The translations under genes were made by a program, and so were the position numbers. Below, one piece after another: positions 26,506-36,915 of a DNA stretch of 64,000 bases. The DNA comes from Candidatus Hecatella orcuttiae (lineage in GTDB: Archaea; Thermoproteota; Bathyarchaeia; Hecatellales; Hecatellaceae). Every line of letters begins with the position of its first letter. Positions within the stretch are counted from its first letter, which is position 1. The stretch spans positions 417,130 through 481,129 of the forward strand of contig MTLY02000002.1 of assembly GCA_002011035.2 (NCBI GenBank), in the 5' to 3' direction. Under the pieces are notes generated by a model. It saw only the letters and a list, made by a program, of their open reading frames with translations, did not search any database and was not told the DNA's origin.

Positions 26506-27336
26506 GTGAGAAAGGGAGAAGGAGGTGAAGTCTTGAGCCAGAAAACCAACCGGTTTACCCTCACCACCGTGGCGGTAGCAGCCCTCATTCTCTTGGCTGC
26601 CAACATATCCCTGATGATTCCCCTCTACGCTGAAAGAGCAGCAGCCCCCAAGGGGGAGTTCCCCGCAGCGCCTTGGCAGCCGACCCAACTGGCGGAGCAG
26701 CGGGAAAATATCATATCCCTAACAGGAACCGGAACCGTCAAGGCGGAGCCTGATTTGGCCGTGATCCAGCTGGGCGTCGAGACGCGGGCATCGTCGGCGG
26801 GGGAAGCCCAAAGGCTGAACGCAGAGCGGATGGCCGGGGTGATCGCCGCCCTCCAAGAGGTGGGAATAGGAGAGGAGGACATGTGGACTGCGGGTTTCAC
26901 CCTCACCCCTCTGACCAAGTATCCCGCGGGGGGAGGTGTTGCTGAAATCTTAGGCTACCTCTGTCGAAACAGTCTCACCGTCCAGTTAGACGACATGGAA
27001 GCTGTGGGGCGAATCCTCGACCTAGCCGTGGCCGCTGGAGCCAACCAGATCTCCTCGGTGTATTTCACCCTCTCCCAAGACCTGAGGAAAACACTCCAAG
27101 ACCAAGCGACCACCATGGCGGTAGAGGACGCGGAGGCTAAGGCGCAGCTCCTAGCCGAAGCCGCTGGAGTCCAGCTCATCAGCCCTACCAGTCTCTCCCT
27201 CAGCGTAGGCTACCAGCCTGAATACAGGGTTTTCATGGAAGCCGCGGTGCCGATGCCTACTCCGGCTCCCACGCCCATCCTGCCGGGGGAAGTGGAGGTT
27301 ACCGTAACCGTCTATGTGACCTACGCTTTCCAGTAG
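26506..27336 (+). CDS. SIMPL/DUF541 domain protein
   Basis: N-terminal TM; ISLTGTGTVKAEPDLA, AGANQI, AVEDAEAKAQLLA, ILPGEVEV. Confidence 0.88.
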   Translation: MRKGEGGEVLSQKTNRFTLTTVAVAALILLAANISLMIPLYAERAAAPKGEFPAAPWQPTQLAEQRENIISLTGTGTVKAEPDLAVIQLGVETRASSAGEAQRLNAERMAGVIAALQEVGIGEEDMWTAGFTLTPLTKYPAGGGVAEILGYLCRNSLTVQLDDMEAVGRILDLAVAAGANQISSVYFTLSQDLRKTLQDQATTMAVEDAEAKAQLLAEAAGVQLISPTSLSLSVGYQPEYRVFMEAAVPMPTPAPTPILPGEVEVTVTVYVTYAFQ

Positions 27337-27424
27337 CCGTTTAAGGCTTCGCGTGGGAAGCCTACCCCAAACTTTTTACATCCGCTCCGTCCAGAGTTAG
27401 GAAGAAGGCGGACTCAGAGGGTTT

Positions 27425-27874
27425 TTGATGTCCAAAGACGAGGAGGCTTTCTTGGAGGCGGTGCTTCGCGGCAAAACCCTGCGGGTTTACTGGTATCTCC
27501 TCAAACGCGGCGGAGACCATCCCATCGGAGTTCGGGAAGTTCAGAGGGCCTTGGGCTTCAGCAGCCCCAGCGTGGCCTTACACCACCTGGAGAAGCTGAG
27601 GGACCTGAAGCTGTTGGACAAGACCGGAGGCGAATATCTTGTGGCCCGGGAGGTCAAAGTAGGCTTCCTCAGGCTTTTCCTCAAACTGGGCCGGCTGGTC
27701 TTACCCCGGTACCTGTTCTACGCCGTCTTCCTCACCACCATGCTAGCCGCCTACGTGGCCCTCTACCCTCAAAGCCTCTCCGCCCACAACCTCGTGGCTC
27801 TGATCTTCGGCGCCGCCGCCTCCCTCATTCTCTGGTATGAAACCTACCGCGTCTTGAAGGAGGCACCGTGGTGA
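27425..27874 (+). CDS. wHTH regulator with C-terminal TM helices
   Basis: GVREVQRALGFSSPSVALHHLEKL followed by two hydrophobic helices. Confidence 0.8.
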   Translation: MMSKDEEAFLEAVLRGKTLRVYWYLLKRGGDHPIGVREVQRALGFSSPSVALHHLEKLRDLKLLDKTGGEYLVAREVKVGFLRLFLKLGRLVLPRYLFYAVFLTTMLAAYVALYPQSLSAHNLVALIFGAAASLILWYETYRVLKEAPW

Positions 27875-28191
27875 AGGAGGCTGCCGGTTTGAAGCTCAAC
27901 CTCAAGCTTTTATCCTCTGTTCTCCTAGCGGTAGCCCTAGGCTTTGGAGCCGTCGCAGTCCCCTGGGCGCTCCAACCCGGGGAAATAGTCTACAAAGAAC
28001 CCTTGAGGGAAGCCTTCGAAACCGTGCCCGAACCTGTGCCTGCCCCTCTCCCCGCCCCCGCAGCCCCAGCTCAGCCTCCTTCACCCACCCTGCCGCTTCC
28101 CACCGTCCTCCTCCTGCCGCTTCTAGGCTGCCTAACAGGCTTCGTCGCCGCGTTCGTGGCGAGGAAACGTCTGAAGCCTCACCCATCCTAG
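27868..28191 (+). CDS. Small membrane protein with Pro-rich linker
   Basis: N- and C-terminal hydrophobic segments; overlaps the upstream gene. Confidence 0.55.
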   Translation: MVKEAAGLKLNLKLLSSVLLAVALGFGAVAVPWALQPGEIVYKEPLREAFETVPEPVPAPLPAPAAPAQPPSPTLPLPTVLLLPLLGCLTGFVAAFVARKRLKPHPS

Positions 28192-28213
28192 CCGGGAAAC
28201 ACCAGCCCCCGTC

Positions 28214-29020
28214 CTAGACCATGAGGATGGGAATGTGGCTTCTCTTATGCTCGCTGGAGGCTTTGAGGCTGCAGACCCTCAGGACGGTTTTGAGGGGAAG
28301 CCCAAGCCTGCGAGCCACCAGCCGGGGGGACAGGCCTCGCTCCAGCCCGTAGAGAACCAGGTCCAGCGTCTGGTAGCGGATTCCCAGCTCCCCTTCATCC
28401 GTCTGCCCGGGCCAAAGCCCGGGGCTGGGGGTTTTCCGAAGGATCTGCGGGGGAATATCCAAGTACGCGGCCAGCTGGTAGACTTGGGTCTTGTAGAGGC
28501 CTCCGAGGGGGAGGACGTCGGAGGCTCCGTCTCCGTGCTTGGTGAAGTAGCCGGTTAAGATTTCGCTCCGGTTCCCGGTGCCCAACACCACGCCCTGAAG
28601 CCTGTTGGCGAAATAGTAGAGAACCAGCATCCGCATCCTAGCCTTCAAGTTGCCCTTGGCCAAGAGGCTGGAGGGATTGAAAACCGGCACCGTCTCGGAA
28701 ACAGCCTTCAGAGGGTCGGAGATGTCCACGAGGAAGTATCTTATCCCCAGTCTGCCGGCGAAGCGCCCCGCATCCTCCACATCCCTCAGGTTGACGGTTT
28801 CCTTCTCCGGCATGGAGACCCCCACCACCCGGTCTTTTCCCAAGGCTTCCACAGCCAGCTTGGCCACCACCGACGAGTCGACTCCGCCGCTCAGCCCTAC
28901 GACGGCGCAGGAGGCTTGAGCCTGCTCCACGAAACGCTTGAGGAGGGCGGTTAGCCTTTCCGCCGCGGCTTCAGGGTTTATCCTCAGAAGCTTCTCCGAA
29001 AGCTCGAATCCGTGAGCCAA
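28214..29020 (-). CDS. nadE: NH3-dependent NAD+ synthetase
   Basis: GLSGGVDS, GNLKARMRM, GYFTKHGDG, PSPGLWPGQTDE. Confidence 0.95.
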   Translation of the reverse strand: MAHGFELSEKLLRINPEAAAERLTALLKRFVEQAQASCAVVGLSGGVDSSVVAKLAVEALGKDRVVGVSMPEKETVNLRDVEDAGRFAGRLGIRYFLVDISDPLKAVSETVPVFNPSSLLAKGNLKARMRMLVLYYFANRLQGVVLGTGNRSEILTGYFTKHGDGASDVLPLGGLYKTQVYQLAAYLDIPPQILRKTPSPGLWPGQTDEGELGIRYQTLDLVLYGLERGLSPRLVARRLGLPLKTVLRVCSLKASSEHKRSHIPILMV

Positions 29021-29157
29021 AAGTATCCCTCCGGCTGCGGTGTATTTTCAACCTCTCAGGTTTTCTCGAACAAGATATTTAACCTCCTCTCACCGTAAAG
29101 GTTTACTGACCGGCTCGAGGGTCGGTTCCCGTTTCTCGGAAAGCGGGAGGCAGCGCT

Positions 29158-29769
29158 GTGAAAAAGAAAGGCGTGTTCATCGCTGTGGAGGGCATAGACG
29201 GGGCGGGCAAGACCACCCAGGCCTGCATGTTGGTGAAAAAGCTGAGGCAGATGGGCTATGAGGCAGCGTACACCACCGAACCCACCTACGGGCGGGTAGG
29301 CGACCTGCTTAGGCTTCACGTTTCCAAGCAGAAACCCCGCGCTCCCCTCTACGAGGCTTTGCTCTTCGCCGCGGACAGGTTTGAGCATGTGAAAAGGGAA
29401 ATCCAGCCTAAACTCCGAAGGGGGCTGGTGGTGGTTTCCGACAGGTACCTCTACTCCAGCCTAGCCTACCAGGGAGCCGCGGGAGTCAGCCTCCCCTGGC
29501 TTCGGGAGGTTAACTTCTTCGCCCCCAAGCCGGACCTAACTTTTTACATCGACATATCCCCTGCCAAAAGTTTAAAGCGGAAGGCGGGGAAGGTGGGCGC
29601 CTACGAGAGCCTGAGCTACCAGAAGAAGGTTCGAAAAATCTACTTGGACATGGCTGAGGAAGAAGGCTTCACCGTCTTGGAGGGGGAAAAGGGGGCGGAG
29701 GAGCTTCACAGGGACATGCTTTCCAAGGTCTTGAAGCTTCTGCCCAAACCCAGGAAGGGCGGAGGCTAG
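29158..29769 (+). CDS. tmk: Thymidylate kinase
   Basis: EGIDGAGKTT, LFAADR, SDRYLYSSLAYQ. Confidence 0.95.
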   Translation: MKKKGVFIAVEGIDGAGKTTQACMLVKKLRQMGYEAAYTTEPTYGRVGDLLRLHVSKQKPRAPLYEALLFAADRFEHVKREIQPKLRRGLVVVSDRYLYSSLAYQGAAGVSLPWLREVNFFAPKPDLTFYIDISPAKSLKRKAGKVGAYESLSYQKKVRKIYLDMAEEEGFTVLEGEKGAEELHRDMLSKVLKLLPKPRKGGG

Positions 29770-30290
29770 AGGCTCTTCAGTTCGATGAGCTTCAGGGGCT
29801 TCAGTCTCCTTTTTTCAGCCTCCTCGTTTATCTTGGCAACCAGCCGCTCTATCAGCTCGTCTAAGGGCAGCCTCCGGGTTCCCTTAAAATGGCTGACTTG
29901 GATTTCCAAGGAACCCCTCTCTTGGAAAAGGAAGCGGACGAAGTTGAAGTCTCCCCAGAGAGGCGCGCTCTTCCCCCCGCTTTTGTTATGCCGGTAGACG
30001 ATGTGGACGAAGAAATCCAAAACATCATTCTTTCCCTTACTGAGGTGGCGTTTGATCCTTTCAACTTCCTCCTCCCTGAGGAAGATGAAGCTGTTGCTCT
30101 CGGCAACTCCCACCTCGTAGGCGGTGGTCAAGCCTAGGGCGCTGCCCTCCGGGGGGAGGTTTTCCTTCTGGGAGTTAAGCCGCCCCATGGCTTCCACCAC
30201 CAAAACCTGAAGCTTCGCAGGGGAGAAGCCGTAGGAAAACTGGGCGTAGGCTTGGATCACGGAGGGAAAATTTTCAAAAACACCCAGCAT
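29766..30290 (-). CDS. Hypothetical protein
   Basis: 174-aa ORF with ATG, GGGAG SD and upstream TATA; no recognised motif. Confidence 0.65.
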   Translation of the reverse strand: MLGVFENFPSVIQAYAQFSYGFSPAKLQVLVVEAMGRLNSQKENLPPEGSALGLTTAYEVGVAESNSFIFLREEEVERIKRHLSKGKNDVLDFFVHIVYRHNKSGGKSAPLWGDFNFVRFLFQERGSLEIQVSHFKGTRRLPLDELIERLVAKINEEAEKRRLKPLKLIELKSL

Positions 30291-30378
30291 GGCTTCTCCC
30301 GAAGGAGATTTCTCTGGGCTGAAGTATATAAGCGAATTTGCACCCTTCTTTCAAAATGGCGGAACCCTGCGGTAGAGC

Positions 30379-32703
30379 ATGTTGCTTGAACATGTAACAC
30401 ATCCCCTCCTCCGGCCGAGGACGGTGGAGAGGAGATCCTACCAAGAAGCCATAGCAGCCACCTGTCTCCGAGGAAACACCCTCGTCATCCTCCCCACCGG
30501 CCTCGGCAAGACCACCATCGCAGCCTTAACCGCGGCGGAGAGGCTGCGGCTTCACCCCGAAGGCCGATGCCTCATCCTAGCTCCGACGAAGCCTCTGGCC
30601 CTCCAGCACTACCAAACCTTCAGGCGGGTTTTCAACCTAGAGGACTCTGCCTTCTGCCTGCTGACCGGGGAAAACCCTCCCCAGGAGAGAAGCACCACCA
30701 GCGGCCGCCTCATCTTCATGACCCCTCAGGTTTTGGAGAACGACCTCGTCGCGGGAAGAACCACCCTGCGGGATGTGGTTCTTTTGGTTTTGGATGAAGC
30801 CCACCGGGCGGTGGGCAACTACGCCTACGTGTTCATAGCCAAAAACTACGCTGAGGCAGCCCGGCATCCGCTAGTCCTAGGCCTAACCGCCTCCCCCGGC
30901 TCCTCGAGGGAAAGGATCAGGGAGGTTAAGGAAAACCTGGGCATCAGGTTTGTCGAAGCCAGAACCGACCGAAGCCCCGATGTGAAGCCCTACGTTATGC
31001 CCACCCAGGTGGAGTGGGTGAGAGTCCAGCTTACGCCTCCCCTGGAAAAAATCCGGGAAAAACTTCAGGTCTTCTTCAGGGAGAAGGTCAGCGCCTTGAA
31101 GGAAGCCGGCTTCCTCCCCACAGCCTCAAGGTTGCACCTGAAGTTCAGGGACATCTCCCAAGCGGAGGAAAAGCTCAGAAAAGAAATCGCCCGGCAGCCC
31201 AGTCCTCTCCCGGAGCTCCGCCGGCTTCTGGTGGACCTGCACAGTGCGAGGAAGGCCTCCCATGCCTTGGAGCTGCTGGAAACCCAAGGCCTAGCCGCGC
31301 TGGGAGAATACTTCCGCCTGCTGGAAACCCGGGCGAGGCGGGCGGGAGCCCCGGCTTCGGTGAGGCAGATGCTGCTGGACGGGCGGATTCAGGAAGCCCT
31401 AAGCCTGACCTTGGTCTACGGTGAAAAGGGCGTGGAGCACCCTAAGTTTGGAAGGCTCGTGGAAACGGTGGAGCGTTTCCTAGCCCAAGGAGCCCGCCGC
31501 GTCATCGTCTTCACCAACTACCGGGAGACCGCGGAGAGGCTGAGGGTGAGGCTGGGGGAAAAACCCGGGGTCCGGGTTGCGAAGCTCATCGGGCAGGCGA
31601 ACAGGCAGGGGGAGCGAGGCCTCAGCCAGCAGAAGCAGACTGGGGTCCTAGCAGCCTTCAGGGAGGGGGAATTCAACGTCCTCGTGGCCACCCAAGTGGC
31701 GGAGGAAGGCTTGGACATCTCGCAGGCGGACGCTGTGGTCTTCTACGACAACATACCCAGCGCCATCAGGTTCATCCAGCGGCTGGGGAGAACAGGGAGG
31801 AGAGCTCCGGGGAAAGCTGTGATCCTCCTCACCGAGGGAACGAGGGATGAAGCCTACCACTGGATTGCCAAGCATAAAGAAAAAGCCATGATGGAGGCGG
31901 TGAGGGAGCTGCAGATGCAGGGGAAGGAGAAGAGGGAAAATGGTAAACAGCAGGAGCTGGGAAAGTTCATGGCCGCCGCAGCCTCCAGGGAGGAGAAGGA
32001 AGAGGGGAAGCTTCAAGTCTACGTGGACACCCGGGAAGCCTCCTCCCCGGTGGTCAGGGAGCTGGCCTCCTTCGGCTTGAAGCTCAACCTGACCAGCTTG
32101 GAGGTAGGCGACTACGTCCTCTCCCAGGACACAGCGGTGGAGCGGAAGAGTGTTCGAGACTTCGCCGCCTCCATCGTCGACCGCCGGCTTTTCACCCAGG
32201 CGGAGAGGCTGGCCTCCGCCTACCGGAAGCCTCTCTTCATCGTGGAGGGCGAGGGCCTCTACCAGGCTTCAGGGGTTTCTCCCCCCGCGCTTCGGGGGGC
32301 TATCCTCAGCCTCATCTTCGACTTCCGAATTCCCGTGCTCTGGACCAAAACCCCCGGGGAAACCGCTCTGATGATTTATTCCCTAGCCAAAAGGGAGCAG
32401 GCGGAGAAGCCCGTTCACATCTCCCTCAGGGAGAAAAAGCCCCCCACCTTGGCGGAGCAGCAGGAATACATCATAGCCGGACTCCCCAGCGTGGAGGCCA
32501 CCTTGGCCAGGAAGCTTCTCGCAGCCTTCGGCTCGGTGGAGAAGGTCATCACAGCCGGGGAGGAGGAGCTGAAAAAAGTGAGGGGAATAGGCCCTAGGAT
32601 AGCGGAGAAGATAAGGGAAGTTGTCACAGCTAAGTATCCCCGAAGCTCGGAGGATGCGGAGGAGGAGAGAGGGAAAAACCAGGCTGAGGCTGCGGAAGAC
32701 TGA
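30379..32703 (+). CDS. hef: Hef helicase-ERCC4 nuclease
   Basis: PTGLGKT, DEAH, QRLGRTGR, then DTRE/GDY/VERK nuclease and HhH repeats. Confidence 0.93.
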   Translation: MLLEHVTHPLLRPRTVERRSYQEAIAATCLRGNTLVILPTGLGKTTIAALTAAERLRLHPEGRCLILAPTKPLALQHYQTFRRVFNLEDSAFCLLTGENPPQERSTTSGRLIFMTPQVLENDLVAGRTTLRDVVLLVLDEAHRAVGNYAYVFIAKNYAEAARHPLVLGLTASPGSSRERIREVKENLGIRFVEARTDRSPDVKPYVMPTQVEWVRVQLTPPLEKIREKLQVFFREKVSALKEAGFLPTASRLHLKFRDISQAEEKLRKEIARQPSPLPELRRLLVDLHSARKASHALELLETQGLAALGEYFRLLETRARRAGAPASVRQMLLDGRIQEALSLTLVYGEKGVEHPKFGRLVETVERFLAQGARRVIVFTNYRETAERLRVRLGEKPGVRVAKLIGQANRQGERGLSQQKQTGVLAAFREGEFNVLVATQVAEEGLDISQADAVVFYDNIPSAIRFIQRLGRTGRRAPGKAVILLTEGTRDEAYHWIAKHKEKAMMEAVRELQMQGKEKRENGKQQELGKFMAAAASREEKEEGKLQVYVDTREASSPVVRELASFGLKLNLTSLEVGDYVLSQDTAVERKSVRDFAASIVDRRLFTQAERLASAYRKPLFIVEGEGLYQASGVSPPALRGAILSLIFDFRIPVLWTKTPGETALMIYSLAKREQAEKPVHISLREKKPPTLAEQQEYIIAGLPSVEATLARKLLAAFGSVEKVITAGEEELKKVRGIGPRIAEKIREVVTAKYPRSSEDAEEERGKNQAEAAED

Positions 32704-33054
32704 TCAGCCCTGCTTTCTCACCCTCCTAACCCTCTCCAAGGCTTCCAAGAACGTAACGGCCAAACCCGCTAAGGTTTCCAAAGCCTCAGGCTTCTGCTCC
32801 CCCCTCAGCTTGGCTTCCAATTGTTGAAGTTTGAGGAGCAGAGTTTCCTCCAAGGTTGTCAGGGCTGGGGGGGCAGCCAGCTCCACTGCCTCTTCGTCGG
32901 ATTTCACCACAACGACTTTCCGCTGGCATTTTATGCAGTAGATTTCACCTGAGGCGGTTTTGAAGAGGGGAGAGCTGCAGCTGGGGCAGGCTTCGCCAAG
33001 CATGGTCGCCCCGGATTTCAAAATCTCCGCCATTTTTCTGATGTCTTCGCTCAT
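32704..33054 (-). CDS. UPF0148 / SSSCA1-like zinc-ribbon protein
   Basis: [17 protein letters not shown]...IYCIKC. Confidence 0.85.
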   Translation of the reverse strand: MSEDIRKMAEILKSGATMLGEACPSCSSPLFKTASGEIYCIKCQRKVVVVKSDEEAVELAAPPALTTLEETLLLKLQQLEAKLRGEQKPEALETLAGLAVTFLEALERVRRVRKQG

Positions 33055-33181
33055 GGTTAACCGTCACCAACTATCTAGCCGGGTTTGGATAAAAAATATA
33101 TCGGAGGAAAGGTATAGAATACACTGTCGCCTTGAATCGGCTTCACTCCGAATTCAGCCGCAGCCCTCACGGTGGTGGAGG

Positions 33182-33463
33182 ATGGTTAAGCGTAAGCGGA
33201 AAATCGAAGAATACGAGCAAAGCCTCAGCCAAGCCACAGGCGTGCTTAAGGAAATCTCCGAAGACACCACCACCCCCAGAAACATCAGGAGAGCTGCCAA
33301 AAGTGCCATCGAAGCCCTCCATGACACTTCTCTCTCCCACGCCGTGAGGTCGGCTAATGCCATTTCGATTCTGGACGAAATCTCCCAGGACCCCAACATG
33401 CCCCCCTATACGCGGACCCGCATCTGGAACGTGGTAAGCATCCTCGAAACCATCAAAGACTGA
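33182..33463 (+). CDS. UPF0147 family protein
   Basis: [12 protein letters not shown]...[20 protein letters not shown]; ATG 33182 with GGTGG SD. Confidence 0.88.
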   Translation: MVKRKRKIEEYEQSLSQATGVLKEISEDTTTPRNIRRAAKSAIEALHDTSLSHAVRSANAISILDEISQDPNMPPYTRTRIWNVVSILETIKD

Positions 33464-33478
33464 CCCCGCCCTCGTTTC

Positions 33479-34300
33479 TCACAGAGGAGCGCGGAGGGCT
33501 TTCTGGATCTCAGCCAAAAGCAAAGGGTTTCCCGCGGCGATGAAGGAAACCCGCTGCGTGGGGGTGTCAGCTGAAGCGTCTAAGATGCGACCCTGCTCAT
33601 CGACTATCAGCCCCCCCGCCTCCCGGAGGATGTGGTAGGCAGCCGCCAAGTCGGTGACCCGCAGCCTCCCCCGCACGTCCACGAAAGCGTCCAACCTCCC
33701 CGAGGCCACATAGCAGACTTCCAAGGCGTTGGCTCCGAAGTGGCGGCTGTGCTTGGCCCGGCGGGCAAGGGAGGAAATCTTCCTCATCTGAAGCCTAGGA
33801 ATGGGAGGGTTAAAGTTGATGCCCACCAAGGCCTTTTGGAGGGTGGAGACCTCTGAGGCCTTCAAGGGCTTACCGTCAAGGTAGCTTCCCTTCCCCCTAA
33901 CCGCCCAGTAGGTTTCCCCATGGTAGAGGTCCTGAACCAAGCTGGTGTGGACGGCTGAAAGCCGGGGGCGGTCGGCGGCGGCGAGGGAAACCGCGTAAAA
34001 AGGAATCCCCCTGAGGGCGTTGTTGGTTCCGTCCAAAGCGTCGACGATGAGGTATCCCTCCCCCGGCCCTCTCTCAGGGGCGACGAAGCCTTTTTCCTCG
34101 CTGACGACGGTGCAGGAAATCCCCCACTTTTTCAAGGTGGAAAAAACAGCGTCCTCGGACTCCGCGTCGATAAGCCGCGTTCGGTCGCCGCCTGCGCCCA
34201 CACCCAAAGGCTCCGCCCCCTCGGAGGTCCCGGCCAGCCGCAGGGTTCTCCGTCGAATCTGGGAAGCCATCTCCTTCAGCAGCTCTAGGTCCAAAACCAT
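33479..34300 (-). CDS. Inositol monophosphatase / FBPase family protein
   Basis: SEE, VDALDGTNN, TDLAAAYHILREAGG. Confidence 0.9.
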   Translation of the reverse strand: MVLDLELLKEMASQIRRRTLRLAGTSEGAEPLGVGAGGDRTRLIDAESEDAVFSTLKKWGISCTVVSEEKGFVAPERGPGEGYLIVDALDGTNNALRGIPFYAVSLAAADRPRLSAVHTSLVQDLYHGETYWAVRGKGSYLDGKPLKASEVSTLQKALVGINFNPPIPRLQMRKISSLARRAKHSRHFGANALEVCYVASGRLDAFVDVRGRLRVTDLAAAYHILREAGGLIVDEQGRILDASADTPTQRVSFIAAGNPLLLAEIQKALRAPL

Positions 34301-34370
34301 GCTCCGCGACCCTGCTTGAAAGCGCCTTCAAGGCTGGAGAGGGGCGACGCTTTTCAACTCTTCACTTAGA

Positions 34371-34705
34371 GGCGGTGGGTCCTGAAGGTTGACGTTCACA
34401 CCTCACGCCGGCCTGCAGTTTCCCCTCATGCCCGCGCCCCTCCAAGCGTTAAACGTCCAAGCTTAGGTTGCTCCCTCCCGGGCCTAGCCGGGTTCGCTTG
34501 GCAATGCCGCCAACCTGCCCCTACGAGCAGGCTGAGGGCATCCGCCAACCCTAGAGGACAGGCACTCACGGAGGCGCCTGCAGGTTGAACGTGGGGCTGA
34601 GGGCGTCTCCCTTCAGCTTTCGGCCCGCCGTGTAGGGGATTTGCGGTCAAACCTGCCGGAGCAGGTTTTCAGGGAACCCCTAGCTCCCCGCCTAGACCCA
34701 CCGCC
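34371..34705 (-). ncRNA. ffs: Signal recognition particle (7S) RNA
   Basis: Terminal helix GGCGGTGGGTC/GACCCACCGCC; Alu loop complementarity TAGGGG/CCCCTA; helix 8 GGCTAGGCCGGGAGGGAGCAACC. Confidence 0.88.
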
Positions 34706-34796
34706 AAAGAAAGAAGGGCGCCGATCTAAGTTAAATTTTTTCAACGCCTCCGCTGGAAGCCGATAGCTTTTTATCGAATTTTCAGCTTCCCCATGG

Positions 34797-36383
34797 GTGA
34801 TCAGAGCTCTGCAGGCGGCTGGCTTCTTGAAGGACGGTTTGACCTCTGTTCCCGAGGATAAGGTTCTTGTTCTGGATTTCGGAGGGCAGTACTCGCACCT
34901 CATCGCCCGGAGAATCCGGGAGTGCCGGGTTTACTCGGAGCTGATTTCCTACACGGTTTCGCCGCGGGAAGTTCAAACTCTCCAACCCAAGGGCCTCATT
35001 CTCTCCGGAGGGCCTACCAGCGTTTACGAGGAGGACGCTCCCCTCTGCGACCCTGAACTCTTCAAGCTGGGCATCCCCATCCTAGGCATCTGCTACGGCC
35101 TCCACGCCATGGTTCACCTCCTCGGAGGCAGCGTAGTCCGGGCGGCCCGAAAGGAGTATGGAAAGACGGAGCTTTTCATCGGCGACCGCTCCGACCTTTT
35201 CCAGGGATTGGAAAACCGGACGGTCTGCTGGATGAGCCACGGGGACATGGCGGAAACCCTCCCCGAAGGGTTTGAGGTCATCGGCCGCACGGCCAACACC
35301 CCGACGGCCGCCATTCGGAGGAGAGACAGGAAACTCTACGGAGTTCAGTTTCACCCTGAGGTAGCTCATACGCCGCGGGGGCTGGACATTCTGAAAAACT
35401 TCGTCTACCGGGTCTGCGGCTGCAGGCCTACGTGGACCATGGAGTCTTTCATCGAAAACGCTGTGAAGGAGATCAGAGAAACCGTGGGGAAAGACCGGGT
35501 TCTCTGCGCCCTCAGCGGAGGCGTGGACTCCTCCACGGTGGCGGTCTTGGCCCACAAAGCCCTAGGCGACCAGCTTACCTGCGTCTTCGTCGACCACGGG
35601 CTTCTCCGGAAAGGCGAAGCGGAGCAAGTCTTGGAGATGCTGGAAAAGTTCAAGATGAACATCATTCATGTCAGCGCCGCGGAAAGATTCCTGTCGAGGC
35701 TGAAGGGCGTGGATGACCCTGAGGAAAAGAGGCGGCTGGTCGGAGAAGAGTTCATCCGCGTCTTCGCCGAGGTGGAGCGGGAGAAGGGCCCCTTCCAGTG
35801 GCTGGTGCAGGGAACCCTCTACCCCGACGTCATCGAAAGCGCGGGGGTGAAAAGCCCCGCTGCCAAGATAAAGACCCACCACAACGTAGCCGGGCTGCCG
35901 TCGTGGATGAAGTTTAAGCTTCTAGAGCCCTTGCGGTGGCTTTACAAGGACGAGGTCAGAGAGGTCGCAGGCCTGCTGGGTATCCCCCGGGAGATCGTGA
36001 GAAGGCATCCTTTCCCAGGCCCAGGCCTCGCCGTCAGGGTCTTAGGCCCTGTGACCCCTGAGAAGCTGAGGATATGCCGGGAGGCCAGCTTCATCGTGGA
36101 GGAGGAGTTGAAGAAGGCCGGCTTGTACGACGCGGTCTGGCAGGCTTTCGCCGTGGTCGGCGAGGATAAAGCCGTGGGGGTGCTGGGGGATGAGCGGAAA
36201 TTCGGCTACATCGTCACCGTGAAGGTGGTGGAGTCGGTGGACGCCATGACCGCGGAGTGGAAGCGGCTTCCCTACGAGCTCTTGGAGCGAATAAGCAGTA
36301 GGATCACCAACGAGGTGGACGGTGTCACGTGGGTGACCTACGCCATCTCCAGCAAGCCGCCTTCCACCATCGAACCCTGCTGA
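34797..36383 (+). CDS. guaA: GMP synthase (fused GATase and ATP-PPase domains)
   Basis: DFGGQY, GICYG, QFHPEV, SGGVDS, RHPFPGPGL, KPPSTIE; true start may be slightly downstream. Confidence 0.96.
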   Translation: MIRALQAAGFLKDGLTSVPEDKVLVLDFGGQYSHLIARRIRECRVYSELISYTVSPREVQTLQPKGLILSGGPTSVYEEDAPLCDPELFKLGIPILGICYGLHAMVHLLGGSVVRAARKEYGKTELFIGDRSDLFQGLENRTVCWMSHGDMAETLPEGFEVIGRTANTPTAAIRRRDRKLYGVQFHPEVAHTPRGLDILKNFVYRVCGCRPTWTMESFIENAVKEIRETVGKDRVLCALSGGVDSSTVAVLAHKALGDQLTCVFVDHGLLRKGEAEQVLEMLEKFKMNIIHVSAAERFLSRLKGVDDPEEKRRLVGEEFIRVFAEVEREKGPFQWLVQGTLYPDVIESAGVKSPAAKIKTHHNVAGLPSWMKFKLLEPLRWLYKDEVREVAGLLGIPREIVRRHPFPGPGLAVRVLGPVTPEKLRICREASFIVEEELKKAGLYDAVWQAFAVVGEDKAVGVLGDERKFGYIVTVKVVESVDAMTAEWKRLPYELLERISSRITNEVDGVTWVTYAISSKPPSTIEPC

Positions 36384-36387
36384 GCCT

Positions 36388-36873
36388 TCAAGGCTTCTTC
36401 AACCTTTGAAATCTGGCTGCCACTTCTTCCACTTCTTCCGAGGTCAAATTTGCCGAGGCTGCCTTGAAGAGAACATGGTCCTCCCGGTAGATGTGGCTTC
36501 GGAGGAGGTCAATCAAATGTTGCGCTTTACCCCTCACCTCCGCAGCCTCCCCCCGGTTTAAGGCTTTTTCCAGCAGTTCCACGATCATTCTGATAGACTT
36601 GTGCTCCGCCATCATCACTTGCACAGGCCCGCCGGGAGGCCGCACCGGTCCACCCATGGAGGTGGCTGCCTTTTCAAAATACCTGCCCAACACCGGGAAC
36701 AGACCCTCCTCTTCCTTTCTAAAATGCGGGGCGGAGTAAGCTTGGATTTCGGAGAGAATCTCCCGCACGCTTCCCAGATCCAAGCTGGCTGCGGAGGCTT
36801 CGAGAGCCCTAAGCCTATCTAAAACGTATCTGTGCTCGCAGCTCAGCTCGCCTAATGGATTGGAAGACGGCAC
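36388..36873 (-). CDS. Hemerythrin-domain protein
   Basis: EH...HFRKEEEGLFP...EH...HIYREDHVLF. Confidence 0.85.
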   Translation of the reverse strand: MPSSNPLGELSCEHRYVLDRLRALEASAASLDLGSVREILSEIQAYSAPHFRKEEEGLFPVLGRYFEKAATSMGGPVRPPGGPVQVMMAEHKSIRMIVELLEKALNRGEAAEVRGKAQHLIDLLRSHIYREDHVLFKAASANLTSEEVEEVAARFQRLKKP

Positions 36874-36915
36874 AAGACACCGCCCCAGAGGCTGGTTGAA
36901 ACGGTAACAGGGGGC

